DNA from: an uncultured Armatimonadia bacterium
Lineage (GTDB): Bacteria > Armatimonadota > Zipacnadia > Zipacnadales > UBA11051
Direction of reading: 5' to 3'
NCBI GenBank assembly: GCA_964549395.1
Contig: CAZJVY010000001.1
Coordinates: forward strand, 59,990 to 123,989
DNA: 64,000 nt
Of the stretch, positions 21,291 through 30,375 are shown in pieces. The notes beneath the pieces were generated by a model. It did no database searches, had not been told where the DNA came from, and saw only the letters and a list, made by a program, of their open reading frames with translations. Each line of letters begins with the position of its first letter. Position 1 is the first letter of the stretch. Position numbers and translations under genes: made by a program.

Positions 21291-22454
21291 ATGCAGGATA
21301 GGACAAACTGGCGTGCGGTGTGGCTGCTAGCCGCTTTCGTGACGGTTCTGAGCGCAGTTGCGCCTGTCGGTCAGGGTGAGGCACAGAGCGGGAGGCAGCT
21401 CAGGCGCCGGCTCAATCGAATTGAGAACCAGAAGGCGCATATCCGCAGCAGGCTGCGAGACGCCAAGGATAACCAACTGACAGCCCGCAATGAGCTGACG
21501 GTGGCCCAGCGGGACCTCGCCGAGGAGGAGAGGCAACTCAGGGCCGCGGAAAGCGAATTGGCGGGCACCCGTGCAAGCATTCGCCGGGTCAAGAAGGACC
21601 TAGCCAACACGGAGGCGACTCTGGACCGGCACCGCCATGAGATGGAGCAGCGGATCCTGGTGATGTACAAGGCGGGCACGCCCACGTACCTGGAGGTGCT
21701 GCTCAACGCAACGGATTTCAGCGATTTCGTCAATCGCGTGGAGTTCAACAGCCGTGTGGCGGCCGAGGATACCAGTCGGCTGCAGGCGATGCTTGAGTAC
21801 CAACAGCGGCGCGAGAGGCAACGCGCGCAACTGCGGTCCAAGGAGGCAGAACAGGCGGCCCTCAGAACACGGGTGAAGAAGGAGCGTGACGAGGTTGCCA
21901 GGAAGAAGCAGGTTGCCGCTCAACTGCTCAAGAAGGCGAACACCGACCGGGCGACCTACGAGCGTCAGCTTGCGGAGATGGAGGCGGCGTCCGCGGCGGT
22001 AGGGCGGATGCTGGCCAGCCTACGCAGCGGTTCCGGCGTTGGGGGCGCATACGCCGGCAAATGGGCGGGCACGTTTGCATGGCCGCTCCACGGTCGCATC
22101 ACCTCGCCGTTCGGTATGCGCATTCACCCGATCTTGGGGACGCGCCGCATGCACACGGGAGTTGACATCGCCGCGCCGGGGGGCACGCCGATCCGGGCCG
22201 CGGCCGATGGGCGGGTAGTATCCGCAGGCTGGAATGGAGCCTACGGGGTCTGCGTCATCATTGACCACGGCAGCGGGAAGGCGACGCTGTATGGGCATCT
22301 GCAGGGAGGAAGCCTGCAGGTATGCACAGGCCAGAACGTCAGCAGGGGTCAAACGATAGGGCGTTGCGGCAGCACGGGATGGTCAACCGGCAACCATCTG
22401 CATTTCGAGGTACGGCAGAACGGCTCGCCGGTCAATCCGATGAACTATCTCTAA
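21291..22454 (+). CDS. Coiled-coil M23 peptidoglycan endopeptidase (EnvC/CwlO-like), copy 2
   Basis: Tandem paralog of the preceding gene; HTGVD and STGNHLHFE intact. Confidence 0.92.
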   Translation: MQDRTNWRAVWLLAAFVTVLSAVAPVGQGEAQSGRQLRRRLNRIENQKAHIRSRLRDAKDNQLTARNELTVAQRDLAEEERQLRAAESELAGTRASIRRVKKDLANTEATLDRHRHEMEQRILVMYKAGTPTYLEVLLNATDFSDFVNRVEFNSRVAAEDTSRLQAMLEYQQRRERQRAQLRSKEAEQAALRTRVKKERDEVARKKQVAAQLLKKANTDRATYERQLAEMEAASAAVGRMLASLRSGSGVGGAYAGKWAGTFAWPLHGRITSPFGMRIHPILGTRRMHTGVDIAAPGGTPIRAAADGRVVSAGWNGAYGVCVIIDHGSGKATLYGHLQGGSLQVCTGQNVSRGQTIGRCGSTGWSTGNHLHFEVRQNGSPVNPMNYL

Positions 22455-22485
22455 TCTCTGAGTTCGTGGAGGCTCATCAGGCAAA

Positions 22486-23778
22486 ATGAAGAGGAACCCG
22501 TACCTGGGGATCGTAGTAATAGCCGTCGCGGTATGCTTTTTTGTGGGGGGGATCACGACCGCCGAGTTGCTGGGACATCTCGGCGGCCCCGGCCTAGCCC
22601 AGATCATCCCCGGCACCTACCAGCATGTGACCGATTCGGAAATACCGACCGTGACGGACCTGTCGCCGATTTCCACATTCTGGCAAGTGCGGGAGAAGAT
22701 AAAGAGCCAGTATGTATATGAGGTCAAGGATGACAAGCAACTGACATACGGTGCCATCCGGGGGATGCTGGCGGCGCTTGAGGACCCCTACAGCCGCTTT
22801 CTGGACCCGGAGGAGTTCAAGGAATTCCGCACCGAGACGGAGGGGCACTTTGACGGCATAGGAGCGGTCCTGGAGGCGCATACGGACAAGAATACGGGCC
22901 AACAGAAGGTGATAATCAGTTCGGTGCTTGACGGCGGGCCGGCCTCTACGACCAAGATCAGACCGGGCGACGAGATCGTCATGGTTGACCACAAGATGAT
23001 CAGGGGGCAAACGCTGACTGATGTGGTTAACAAGATTCGTGGGAAGCGGGGCACGAAGGTGGTCTTGACGCTGATTCGCGAGGGTCTGGAGGGCAGCTTT
23101 GACGTAGAGATCATCCGCGCGAACATAGACTTCCCGACCGTTGAATCCAAGATGCTGGATGACCACATCGGCTACATCTGGCTCCGCAACTTCAACCAGA
23201 TAGCGGAGCAGAAGATGCTGGAAGCGATCGAGGATCTCAACAAGCAGAAAATGCAGGCGCTACTGCTGGATCTTTCCATGGACCCGGGTGGGATACTGGA
23301 CACCGCCGTGGCCGTGGGAGGCTTCTTCCTGGACGGGGGACCGGTCGTGTACATCAAGGGCCGCAATACCGAGCCGCAGCCGCTGAATGCCCGCAAGGGG
23401 ACGGCCATCGCTGCGGACATGCCGATGATGGTGCTTGTTGACCGGGGCAGCGCGAGCGCGTCGGAGATCGTGGCGGGGGCTTTGAGGGAGCGGGGCCGGG
23501 CCGAGGTGGCCGGGCAGTACACGTTCGGCAAGTCGAAGGTGCAGACGATCATAGAGATGCGAGACGGCTCGGCGCTATTCCTTTCGACGGCTGTGTATCT
23601 TACGCCTGATCTCACGGACATCGGGTTGGAGGATGAGAAGGGCAATCGCGGCGTGAAGCCGGACCATCTGTTCCCCGACCCCGATCCGAATGCGGAGTAC
23701 ACGCTCCAGCAGTGGCACGAGCAGCAGATAGAAAAGGCTGTCGCCCTGCTGAAGGCCAAGATGAAGGACAAGGCGTAA
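22486..23778 (+). CDS. ctpA: S41A carboxy-terminal processing protease
   Basis: DPYS.FL, PDZ with GIG, GSASASEI (catalytic Ser), TFGK (catalytic Lys). Confidence 0.9.
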   Translation: MKRNPYLGIVVIAVAVCFFVGGITTAELLGHLGGPGLAQIIPGTYQHVTDSEIPTVTDLSPISTFWQVREKIKSQYVYEVKDDKQLTYGAIRGMLAALEDPYSRFLDPEEFKEFRTETEGHFDGIGAVLEAHTDKNTGQQKVIISSVLDGGPASTTKIRPGDEIVMVDHKMIRGQTLTDVVNKIRGKRGTKVVLTLIREGLEGSFDVEIIRANIDFPTVESKMLDDHIGYIWLRNFNQIAEQKMLEAIEDLNKQKMQALLLDLSMDPGGILDTAVAVGGFFLDGGPVVYIKGRNTEPQPLNARKGTAIAADMPMMVLVDRGSASASEIVAGALRERGRAEVAGQYTFGKSKVQTIIEMRDGSALFLSTAVYLTPDLTDIGLEDEKGNRGVKPDHLFPDPDPNAEYTLQQWHEQQIEKAVALLKAKMKDKA

Positions 23779-23800
23779 GGCTGGCGGTTGTGGACTTCTG

Positions 23801-23837
23801 CGCGGCGCGGCGGATGCGGTATGGGGGCCGCGCCGCG
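23801..23837. repeat. Intergenic 11-bp perfect inverted repeat
   Basis: CGCGGCGCGGC (23801-23811) / GCCGCGCCGCG (23827-23837); no U-tract. Confidence 0.7.
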
Positions 23838-23857
23838 TCTCGTCAAAGGAGGCGCAG

Positions 23858-24889
23858 ATGAGGACGCAACGCGACCAGAGCGAGGATGCCCTGCAGCTCG
23901 CGGAACGGAAAATCGAGCGGCTCGAGCATATAGTGCGCATTCAGAGGATCGGCATTGGGGTTTGCGTGGGTCTGGTGGTCGTGGTGCTCGGCTTCATCGC
24001 GCTGGGGCATCGCAAGCAGTACGCGCGGGCCATCCTGGTTGACGACCAGATCTGCTGCCTTGTGGCGACACAGAGGGAAGCGGAGGCGGTGCGGAAGCAG
24101 ATCGTTGCGGCGGCCAAAGGGGGACTACCGGGCGAGGCATTCATCGAGGGGAAGTGGGAGGACGCGCCGGTGCCGATAGACGAGCGGCCGGTGCTTTCGG
24201 TGAACGAGGCCGTCGAGGCGCTGAAGGGGAAGGTGGAGGTGCTTGTGGAGGCGGCTGCAATCAACGTTAGCGGCGTGAACGTGGCGGCGTTGGCCTCTGA
24301 GGACCTCGCCAAGAAGGCGCTTGACACGCTGAAATCGGAGTACATAGGAGACGACGTTTCAAAGGTGATTTCGCAGACGATAGAGCCGCAGGCGAACATA
24401 TGCACGGTGGCTGAGCCTCCCGAGGACATTTCCACGGACATTCGCAGCGTCGTGCAGCAGTTGACGCGTGCCAGACGTGAGCCGAAGGAATACGTGGTCA
24501 GTGCGGGGGACTTTCCGGAGAAGATCGCGAAGGCACACGGGATGAGCGTAAAGGAGTTGTACCGGGGCAATCCGGGGTTGAAGGGGCGGACGATACATCC
24601 TGGCGAGAAGCTGCAGGTCGGGGTCGCGGTGCCTGCGATCAAGGTCGTCACGGTGTTCGAGGTGACACGCGAAGAGACGGTTGAGGCGCCGGTCAAGAAG
24701 CAGTATTCACCTGCGCTGAAGCGCGGCGAGCAGCAAGTGGCAGCGGAGGGGAAGGCGGGGCGTCGCAAAGCGACATACCGCATCACAAAGCACAACGAGA
24801 CGCAGGTGGCGAAGGAAGTGCTGAATGAGGAAACGCTTGAGAAGGCGGAACCCAAGCGTTTGCTCATCGGCACCGGAGACGAGACATAG
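23858..24889 (+). CDS. Membrane-anchored LysM + G5 domain protein
   Basis: N-terminal TM; LysM (YVVSAGD...IAKAHGMS..EL...NP..I.PG.KL); C-terminal G5 (GE..V..EG..G....TY......V..E.L.E....P). Confidence 0.8.
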   Translation: MRTQRDQSEDALQLAERKIERLEHIVRIQRIGIGVCVGLVVVVLGFIALGHRKQYARAILVDDQICCLVATQREAEAVRKQIVAAAKGGLPGEAFIEGKWEDAPVPIDERPVLSVNEAVEALKGKVEVLVEAAAINVSGVNVAALASEDLAKKALDTLKSEYIGDDVSKVISQTIEPQANICTVAEPPEDISTDIRSVVQQLTRARREPKEYVVSAGDFPEKIAKAHGMSVKELYRGNPGLKGRTIHPGEKLQVGVAVPAIKVVTVFEVTREETVEAPVKKQYSPALKRGEQQVAAEGKAGRRKATYRITKHNETQVAKEVLNEETLEKAEPKRLLIGTGDET

Positions 24890-24935
24890 AGACGTTGGAT
24901 GCGCGGCAAATCTGCAGATAGAGTGGACGCCTGCA

Positions 24936-25820
24936 ATGGAGATAGACGAGCAGCTCACAGCCGTGCGGGAGATGCTTGACGGCGTCATAGCCAGCTACTT
25001 GCCGGAGCCGGTGGGGCCGGCTGAGCGGCTGTTGATGGCGATGAGGTACGGCGTCGAGGGGGGGAAGCGCGTCCGCGCCTTCATCACCATCAAGGCTGCG
25101 GAGATGTGGGGCGTAGAGGCGGCGAGAGTACTGCCGGCGGCGGTGGCCGTTGAACTCATGCATGCGGCTTCGCTGATCCATGACGACATGCCGTGCATTG
25201 ACGACGCTGCGACGCGTCGCGGCCTGGCGTCGTGTCATGAGGAGTTCGAGGAACACACGGCGCTGCTGGCGGGGGATGCGCTTATCATACGTGCTTTCGA
25301 GTTGCTGGCGTCGCTGCATGGTAACGGGTTTGAGGCGGGGGCCGTACTGCGCGTTGTGGGAGAATTCGCCGAGGCAACAGGCGCCACGGGGCTGATAGGC
25401 GGCGAGGCGGCTGACATCGAGGGGGAGAAGATGGGTCCGCAGGCGAACGTGCTGAATTTCATTCACACCAACAAGACGGCGAAGCTGATTGTCGCCGCTG
25501 CGCGGAATGGGGCAATCCTGGCCGGCGCAGATGAGGCCGGCCTGCGGACGCTGACGGAATACTCACACCATCTGGGCCTGCTTTTCCAGATTACGGACGA
25601 CATCCTGGACGCGACGGAGACCGAGGCTCAACTCGGAAAGCCTGCCGGGGTGGATGCGGCGGCTGGCAAGATGACCTATCCGGCGCTGCTGGGCTTGGAG
25701 CGCGCGAAGGAGCGTGCCCAGGACGTGGCGCAGATGGCCGTTGCAGCAGCGGAGCGGCTACCGTCACACAGCGGGCTGTGGGTTGACCTGGCTAATCTCG
25801 TGCTCAACCGGCGCAAGTAA
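24936..25820 (+). CDS. ispA: Polyprenyl diphosphate synthase (IspA/GGPPS type)
   Basis: GGKRVR, DDMPCIDD (FARM), KTA, FQITDDILD (SARM), GK..G.D...K.TYP. Confidence 0.9.
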   Translation: MEIDEQLTAVREMLDGVIASYLPEPVGPAERLLMAMRYGVEGGKRVRAFITIKAAEMWGVEAARVLPAAVAVELMHAASLIHDDMPCIDDAATRRGLASCHEEFEEHTALLAGDALIIRAFELLASLHGNGFEAGAVLRVVGEFAEATGATGLIGGEAADIEGEKMGPQANVLNFIHTNKTAKLIVAAARNGAILAGADEAGLRTLTEYSHHLGLLFQITDDILDATETEAQLGKPAGVDAAAGKMTYPALLGLERAKERAQDVAQMAVAAAERLPSHSGLWVDLANLVLNRRK

Positions 25821-25832
25821 CAAGGCGAGCGG

Positions 25833-26684
25833 ATGGAGATACTGATCGTCAAAGAGGGAGGGTTCTGCTTCGGCGTCCGGCGGGCCCTGGACATGGCGAG
25901 GCAGGCCATCGAGGAGAAGCGGTTGAGCGCCACCCTCGGCCCGCTCATCCACAATCCCCAGGTCGTCGAGGAACTCCAGCAGCAGGGGGTTCGCGTCACC
26001 GAGCAGGTGTCCGACTTGCAGCCCGGCGAGACGTTGATGATCCGCACCCACGGCTGCAGCCCCGAAGTGCCCCAGCAGGCTCGCGAGCGCGGCGTGGAGA
26101 TAATTGACGCCACCTGTCCATTCGTCGCGCGCGCACAACGTGAGGCCCAGCGCCTGTGTGACGATAGCTGGCAGGTGCTGGTACTGGGGGAGCCCGAACA
26201 CCCGGAGGCGCGCTCGATCAGGGAGCATACTGGCGGTAGAGCTACCATTGTCGAGGGCCCGCAGGATCTGGATGGCGTTGACATCAAGGACAAGGTCGCA
26301 GTCGTCTGTCAGACGACGCAGCGTTTGGACAACCTCAATGCACTGGTGAGCGCCCTGCTGCCACGGGTGCGCTTGCTGACGGTCAGTAACACGATCTGCG
26401 ACGCGACCACTCAGCGACAGGAAGCCTCGCTGGGGGCCGCAAAGGAAGTTGACGTGATGATCGTGGTCGGCGGCTACCATAGTGCCAACACCACGCGCCT
26501 GGCGCAGATCTGCTCCGAAGTCAACTCCCGTACACATCATATCGAGCGGGTCGAGGAACTGGAGCGGGAATGGGTTGCGGGAGCCGACAAGGTGGGCATT
26601 ACCGCAGGCGCTTCCACGCCGGACAGCGCAATCGCTGGGGTGCACGCCGCGCTTGAACAGATCGCCGAGGAGGAGAGATCGTGA
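25833..26684 (+). CDS. ispH: 4-hydroxy-3-methylbut-2-enyl diphosphate reductase
   Basis: GFCFGV, LIHNP, DATCPFV, QTT, NTICDAT, SANT, TAGASTP. Confidence 0.96.
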   Translation: MEILIVKEGGFCFGVRRALDMARQAIEEKRLSATLGPLIHNPQVVEELQQQGVRVTEQVSDLQPGETLMIRTHGCSPEVPQQARERGVEIIDATCPFVARAQREAQRLCDDSWQVLVLGEPEHPEARSIREHTGGRATIVEGPQDLDGVDIKDKVAVVCQTTQRLDNLNALVSALLPRVRLLTVSNTICDATTQRQEASLGAAKEVDVMIVVGGYHSANTTRLAQICSEVNSRTHHIERVEELEREWVAGADKVGITAGASTPDSAIAGVHAALEQIAEEERS

Positions 26685-27622
26685 TAACGAAGTTTGAGCA
26701 GATACTGGAGGCAGTTGCCGATTACCCCGTGCGCACGGTTGCCGTGGCCGTTCCCGAGAAGAGGGAAGTCATCGAGGCAGTCAAGGCTGCCATGGAGCGA
26801 AGTATCGCGAGACCGCTGTTGTTCGGCAGCCGCGGGGTGATCGAGCAGTTGGCCGCAGATGCGGGCCTTGACCTGGGTTCTGTAGAGGTGATAGATGAGC
26901 CGGATGATCTGGAGGCGGCGCGCCAGGCGGCTTTGGCCGTACGCGAGGGCCGCGCCGACCTGCTGATGAAGGGGCACATCTACACCGATGACTTCCTGCG
27001 CGCGGTGCTGGACAAGGAAACGGGCTTGCGCGCCGGCAGCATCATGAGCCACGTATTCATTCTGGAGACGCTGGAACGTGGAAAGCTGACCTTCGTCACC
27101 GATGGTGCAATGAACATCGCTCCGGACCTGACCACCAAGGCCGACATCATCATGAACGCAGTTTACCTGGCGCGATGCTTTGGGATCGAGTGCCCGAAGG
27201 TAGGCGTGCTGGCGGCGGTGGAGGTCGTTAATCCCCAGATGCCTGCCACACTGGATGCGGCTGCACTCAGCACGATGGAGGCGCGCTGCCAGTTCCCTGA
27301 TTGCGTGGTGGATGGGCCGTTTGCGCTGGACAACGCGGTGTCACCCGCGGCCGCCGAGTTGAAGGGATTGAGGGGGGAAGTAGCAGGCTACTGCGACATC
27401 CTGGTCACTCCGGACATCGAGAGCGGGAACATCCTGTCGAAATCGTTCGCTTTCCTGGCCAAGGGGCGTGTGGCGGGGGTGCTTGTGGGAGCCGCCGCGC
27501 CGGTAGTGCTGACTTCGCGCGCCGACAGCGCCGAGGCGAAGCTGTACTCGATTGCCACGGCCGTGCTGATGGCGAATCTGCGCCGGAGCGAACGGCTGAA
27601 GATAGGTAAGGTGCATTTCTAG
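26681..27622 (+). CDS. ptb: Phosphate butyryl/acetyltransferase family protein
   Basis: ADLLMKG, TDGAMNIAP, VDGPFALDNAVS, P.IESGN, LTSRADS. Confidence 0.88.
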   Translation: MITKFEQILEAVADYPVRTVAVAVPEKREVIEAVKAAMERSIARPLLFGSRGVIEQLAADAGLDLGSVEVIDEPDDLEAARQAALAVREGRADLLMKGHIYTDDFLRAVLDKETGLRAGSIMSHVFILETLERGKLTFVTDGAMNIAPDLTTKADIIMNAVYLARCFGIECPKVGVLAAVEVVNPQMPATLDAAALSTMEARCQFPDCVVDGPFALDNAVSPAAAELKGLRGEVAGYCDILVTPDIESGNILSKSFAFLAKGRVAGVLVGAAAPVVLTSRADSAEAKLYSIATAVLMANLRRSERLKIGKVHF

Positions 27623-27626
27623 AGCG

Positions 27627-28226
27627 ATGCTTCCCCCTGCCCACTTCGCCGTCGGTGCCGCCATTGGCGTGTCTGTCAAGCGGAAATGGCTGGCTCTTCC
27701 TCTGGCTCTGGGGTCGCACTACCTGATGGACGCCGTGCCGCACTTCGAGCGGTACGTGCTGCTGTCGAATGCGTTCAAGATTGCGCCATGGAAGATTGAG
27801 TTGGCGTGGGTGGCGCCCTGGGTAGTTGCGACCGGCTTGCTCGTCGGTTGGATGGTAGTGCAGGCCTGGAGCACGCGGCGATGGAGTTGGTGGGCCTTTG
27901 CAGTGCTTTGCGGGCTGCTGGCGGCTTCGCCGGACCTGGGCAAGTTCCTATTGCCTCAACACCACGTGGTCAATGCGGTGCACGGCGCGATGCACGCGGC
28001 GCACGATTGGGGTTACTCGCTGCACAGTGAGATATATCACGATGGGAAGACGTTCCCGCCGGCGGAAATCGGCAGGTCGCCGGTTGCGTGGCTGGGGTTC
28101 TTGGCTGAAATCGGGGTGGAAGCTGCGCTGTTCTGGGTGGGTGTTGCCGTCTTGGCGTTTGCGTGGGGCAAGGTGAAGACGGACGAGGCGGAGAGGGCAG
28201 GTCAGCCGGCGGAAAGCGAGGAATAG
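27627..28226 (+). CDS. Hypothetical membrane protein with H..G / SH..MD..PH putative metal-binding motif
   Basis: Several TM segments with clustered His/Asp; ORF fills the gap between neighbours. Confidence 0.6.
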   Translation: MLPPAHFAVGAAIGVSVKRKWLALPLALGSHYLMDAVPHFERYVLLSNAFKIAPWKIELAWVAPWVVATGLLVGWMVVQAWSTRRWSWWAFAVLCGLLAASPDLGKFLLPQHHVVNAVHGAMHAAHDWGYSLHSEIYHDGKTFPPAEIGRSPVAWLGFLAEIGVEAALFWVGVAVLAFAWGKVKTDEAERAGQPAESEE

Positions 28227-28262
28227 TGAGACGTTTACCATCAGGTTTACGAGGTGAGGCGC

Positions 28263-29138
28263 ATGTTCAAGCTCAGCGTGATAAGTGATGAGATATCGCA
28301 GGACTTCGAGCGGGTCCTGCAGGTCTGCCAGGAGTATGACGCGCCGCAGGTCGAGCCGCGTTCGGTGTGGGACAATCCCCCGCAGAACATACCGGACAGT
28401 GATGTAACCAGGATGAAGAAGCTGCTGGGGCAATACAACATGAGCGTGTGCTGCATCGCCTCGCCATTTCTGAAGTGCGACCTGGGGGACGAGGAGCAGT
28501 ACAAGGAACACCTGGGGATATTGCGGCGCTGCATTGAGCTGGCTCATGCCTTCAACTGCAAGATCATCCGGGGCTTTACTTTCTGGCGCACCGGCTCGCC
28601 TGAGGATGTCTGGCAGCAGTTGCTCGATGCCTACGAGGAGCCGATCCAGATATGCGAGCAGGAGGACGTGTATATCGGGATCGAAAATGAGGCGTCAACT
28701 CACATCGGAGCGGCGGGAGAGGCCGAGAGGCTGTACAAGGACCTGGCGAATCCGCGCGTGCGGGCGATCTGGGATCCCGCCAACGAGGTATTTGCGGACG
28801 GCGGCGAGCTGCCTTTTCCGGATGCCTTCGAGCGCATGAAGCCGTTCCTGATTCACGTGCACATCAAGGATGCGGTGAAGACGGACACGCCGGAGAAGGG
28901 GCGCTGCGTGCCGGTGGGGGATGGCGGCTACATTGACTACCCGGGTCAGTTCCAGGCGCTGCTGGACATGGGCTATGAGGGCGCGTGCTCGCTGGAGACG
29001 CACTGGCGACCGGATGCGGAATTGGACGAGGCTCTGCTGAATCGGCCGGGTGGTGCGGCGTTTTCGGCCAGCGGAGAGCCGGCCAGCCGCATCTGCTTTG
29101 AGAAGATAAGAGAGATACTGGCAGGGCTGAAGTACTAG
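28263..29138 (+). CDS. Sugar phosphate isomerase/epimerase (xylose-isomerase-like TIM barrel)
   Basis: ISDE, IENE, WDPAN, HVHIKD, SLETH metal ligands. Confidence 0.88.
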   Translation: MFKLSVISDEISQDFERVLQVCQEYDAPQVEPRSVWDNPPQNIPDSDVTRMKKLLGQYNMSVCCIASPFLKCDLGDEEQYKEHLGILRRCIELAHAFNCKIIRGFTFWRTGSPEDVWQQLLDAYEEPIQICEQEDVYIGIENEASTHIGAAGEAERLYKDLANPRVRAIWDPANEVFADGGELPFPDAFERMKPFLIHVHIKDAVKTDTPEKGRCVPVGDGGYIDYPGQFQALLDMGYEGACSLETHWRPDAELDEALLNRPGGAAFSASGEPASRICFEKIREILAGLKY

Positions 29139-29174
29139 AGGGAGCGGCGCTGTGCCGCGAGAACGACGTCAGGT

Positions 29175-29202
29175 GCATCCGGCCGCGACACGGGCCGGAT
29201 GC
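29175..29202. repeat. Intergenic 10-bp perfect inverted repeat
   Basis: GCATCCGGCC (29175-29184) / GGCCGGATGC (29193-29202). Confidence 0.7.
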
Positions 29203-29231
29203 CTGCGGTACTGATCGGGGGATGCCTGACC

Positions 29232-30335
29232 ATGTTCGGCTATAGAGCAGAGATTGTAGGATTTGTGGCGACCTTACTGGTCGCGATGTTGACGGCCTGT
29301 GAAGCAGGCACCACGGCAAGGGCCGCGCAGAGGGGCGCTAGCATGATATTGGAACAGGACCAGGAGTTTGTCGCGCAGGAGTGGCCGTTCGCTCCCGGGG
29401 AGCGGAAGGTGAAGATGTGGGTGCAGGAGCCCCCTGCCGGCATCAAGGGGAATACGGGGCTGATGTTGTGCCTGCATAACTGGGGCGGCATCTACGATCA
29501 GGAGACATACGTGCAGTGGTGCAATGCGTTCTCCGAGCGGTACAACGTGGTCGCCGTGAGCGTCAACTATCTGCAAAGCGGGCAGGAGTGGAAGGCCGAC
29601 GGCCACCCGTACGACCACGGCTACCTGCAGGCGATGGATTGCATCGGCGCGCTGTATCACGTGCAGAAGCAACTGAGGGACAAGGGCATTGCTTTCAATG
29701 AGCATAGAGTGTATGCGATGGGCGGCAGCGGCGGCGGCAATGTTACCGAGATGGTGATGAAGCTGGCCCCACACACGTTCGCGTGCGGTGTGGACATCTG
29801 CGGGATGCCGGGACTGACGGACGGCATCGCGTACGGGACCGGCGAATATGGCAGCCACCTCAATGCACTGTATTCACAGGACCCGCAAAGCCCGAATTAT
29901 CTGACGGCGGACATGCAGGAGATCCGCGACTTCGGAAACCTTGCGCACTGCCGCCTGCTGCACGAGGCCAATCCGAACCTCAAGATCGTGATTGTGCATG
30001 GCGTTGATGATGCCTCGTGTTCGGTGGTACACAAGATCGGGCAGTTCCAACGCATGGTGATGGCGGGCATTGACGTGGACGGCCATTTCCTGACCGAGGC
30101 CGATGTGGATGAGGTCGCCGTGAAGACGACGGGTCATGCAGTGGGGGACAGGGAGCAAGTGGTCATCAAGTATGCGGATGAGTATCTGAAGGCAGACAGC
30201 AAGTTCGCTAAGGCGACTACGGGGCCGTGCGACTTCTCGCGTGGCGGCACCTTTGAGTACCCGACCACAAACGGCAAGTATGTGATTGACTTCTCCGACT
30301 ATCCGCTGATTGCGTTCGTGCCGGAGACGCGGTAG
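29232..30335 (+). CDS. Alpha/beta-hydrolase lipoprotein (DUF2920-like)
   Basis: Lipobox-like LTAC, LHNWGG, GGSGGG nucleophile elbow, HGVDD, distal His; start codon uncertain. Confidence 0.7.
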   Translation: MFGYRAEIVGFVATLLVAMLTACEAGTTARAAQRGASMILEQDQEFVAQEWPFAPGERKVKMWVQEPPAGIKGNTGLMLCLHNWGGIYDQETYVQWCNAFSERYNVVAVSVNYLQSGQEWKADGHPYDHGYLQAMDCIGALYHVQKQLRDKGIAFNEHRVYAMGGSGGGNVTEMVMKLAPHTFACGVDICGMPGLTDGIAYGTGEYGSHLNALYSQDPQSPNYLTADMQEIRDFGNLAHCRLLHEANPNLKIVIVHGVDDASCSVVHKIGQFQRMVMAGIDVDGHFLTEADVDEVAVKTTGHAVGDREQVVIKYADEYLKADSKFAKATTGPCDFSRGGTFEYPTTNGKYVIDFSDYPLIAFVPETR

Positions 30336-30375
30336 CCGGCTTTTCCGGCGCATTGCAGGTTGCGAGGGATTGTGC

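Noticed and set aside
28233-28250. GTTTAC direct repeat with 12-bp period
   Set aside because: Only two short copies with no associated promoter; insufficient for an operator call.
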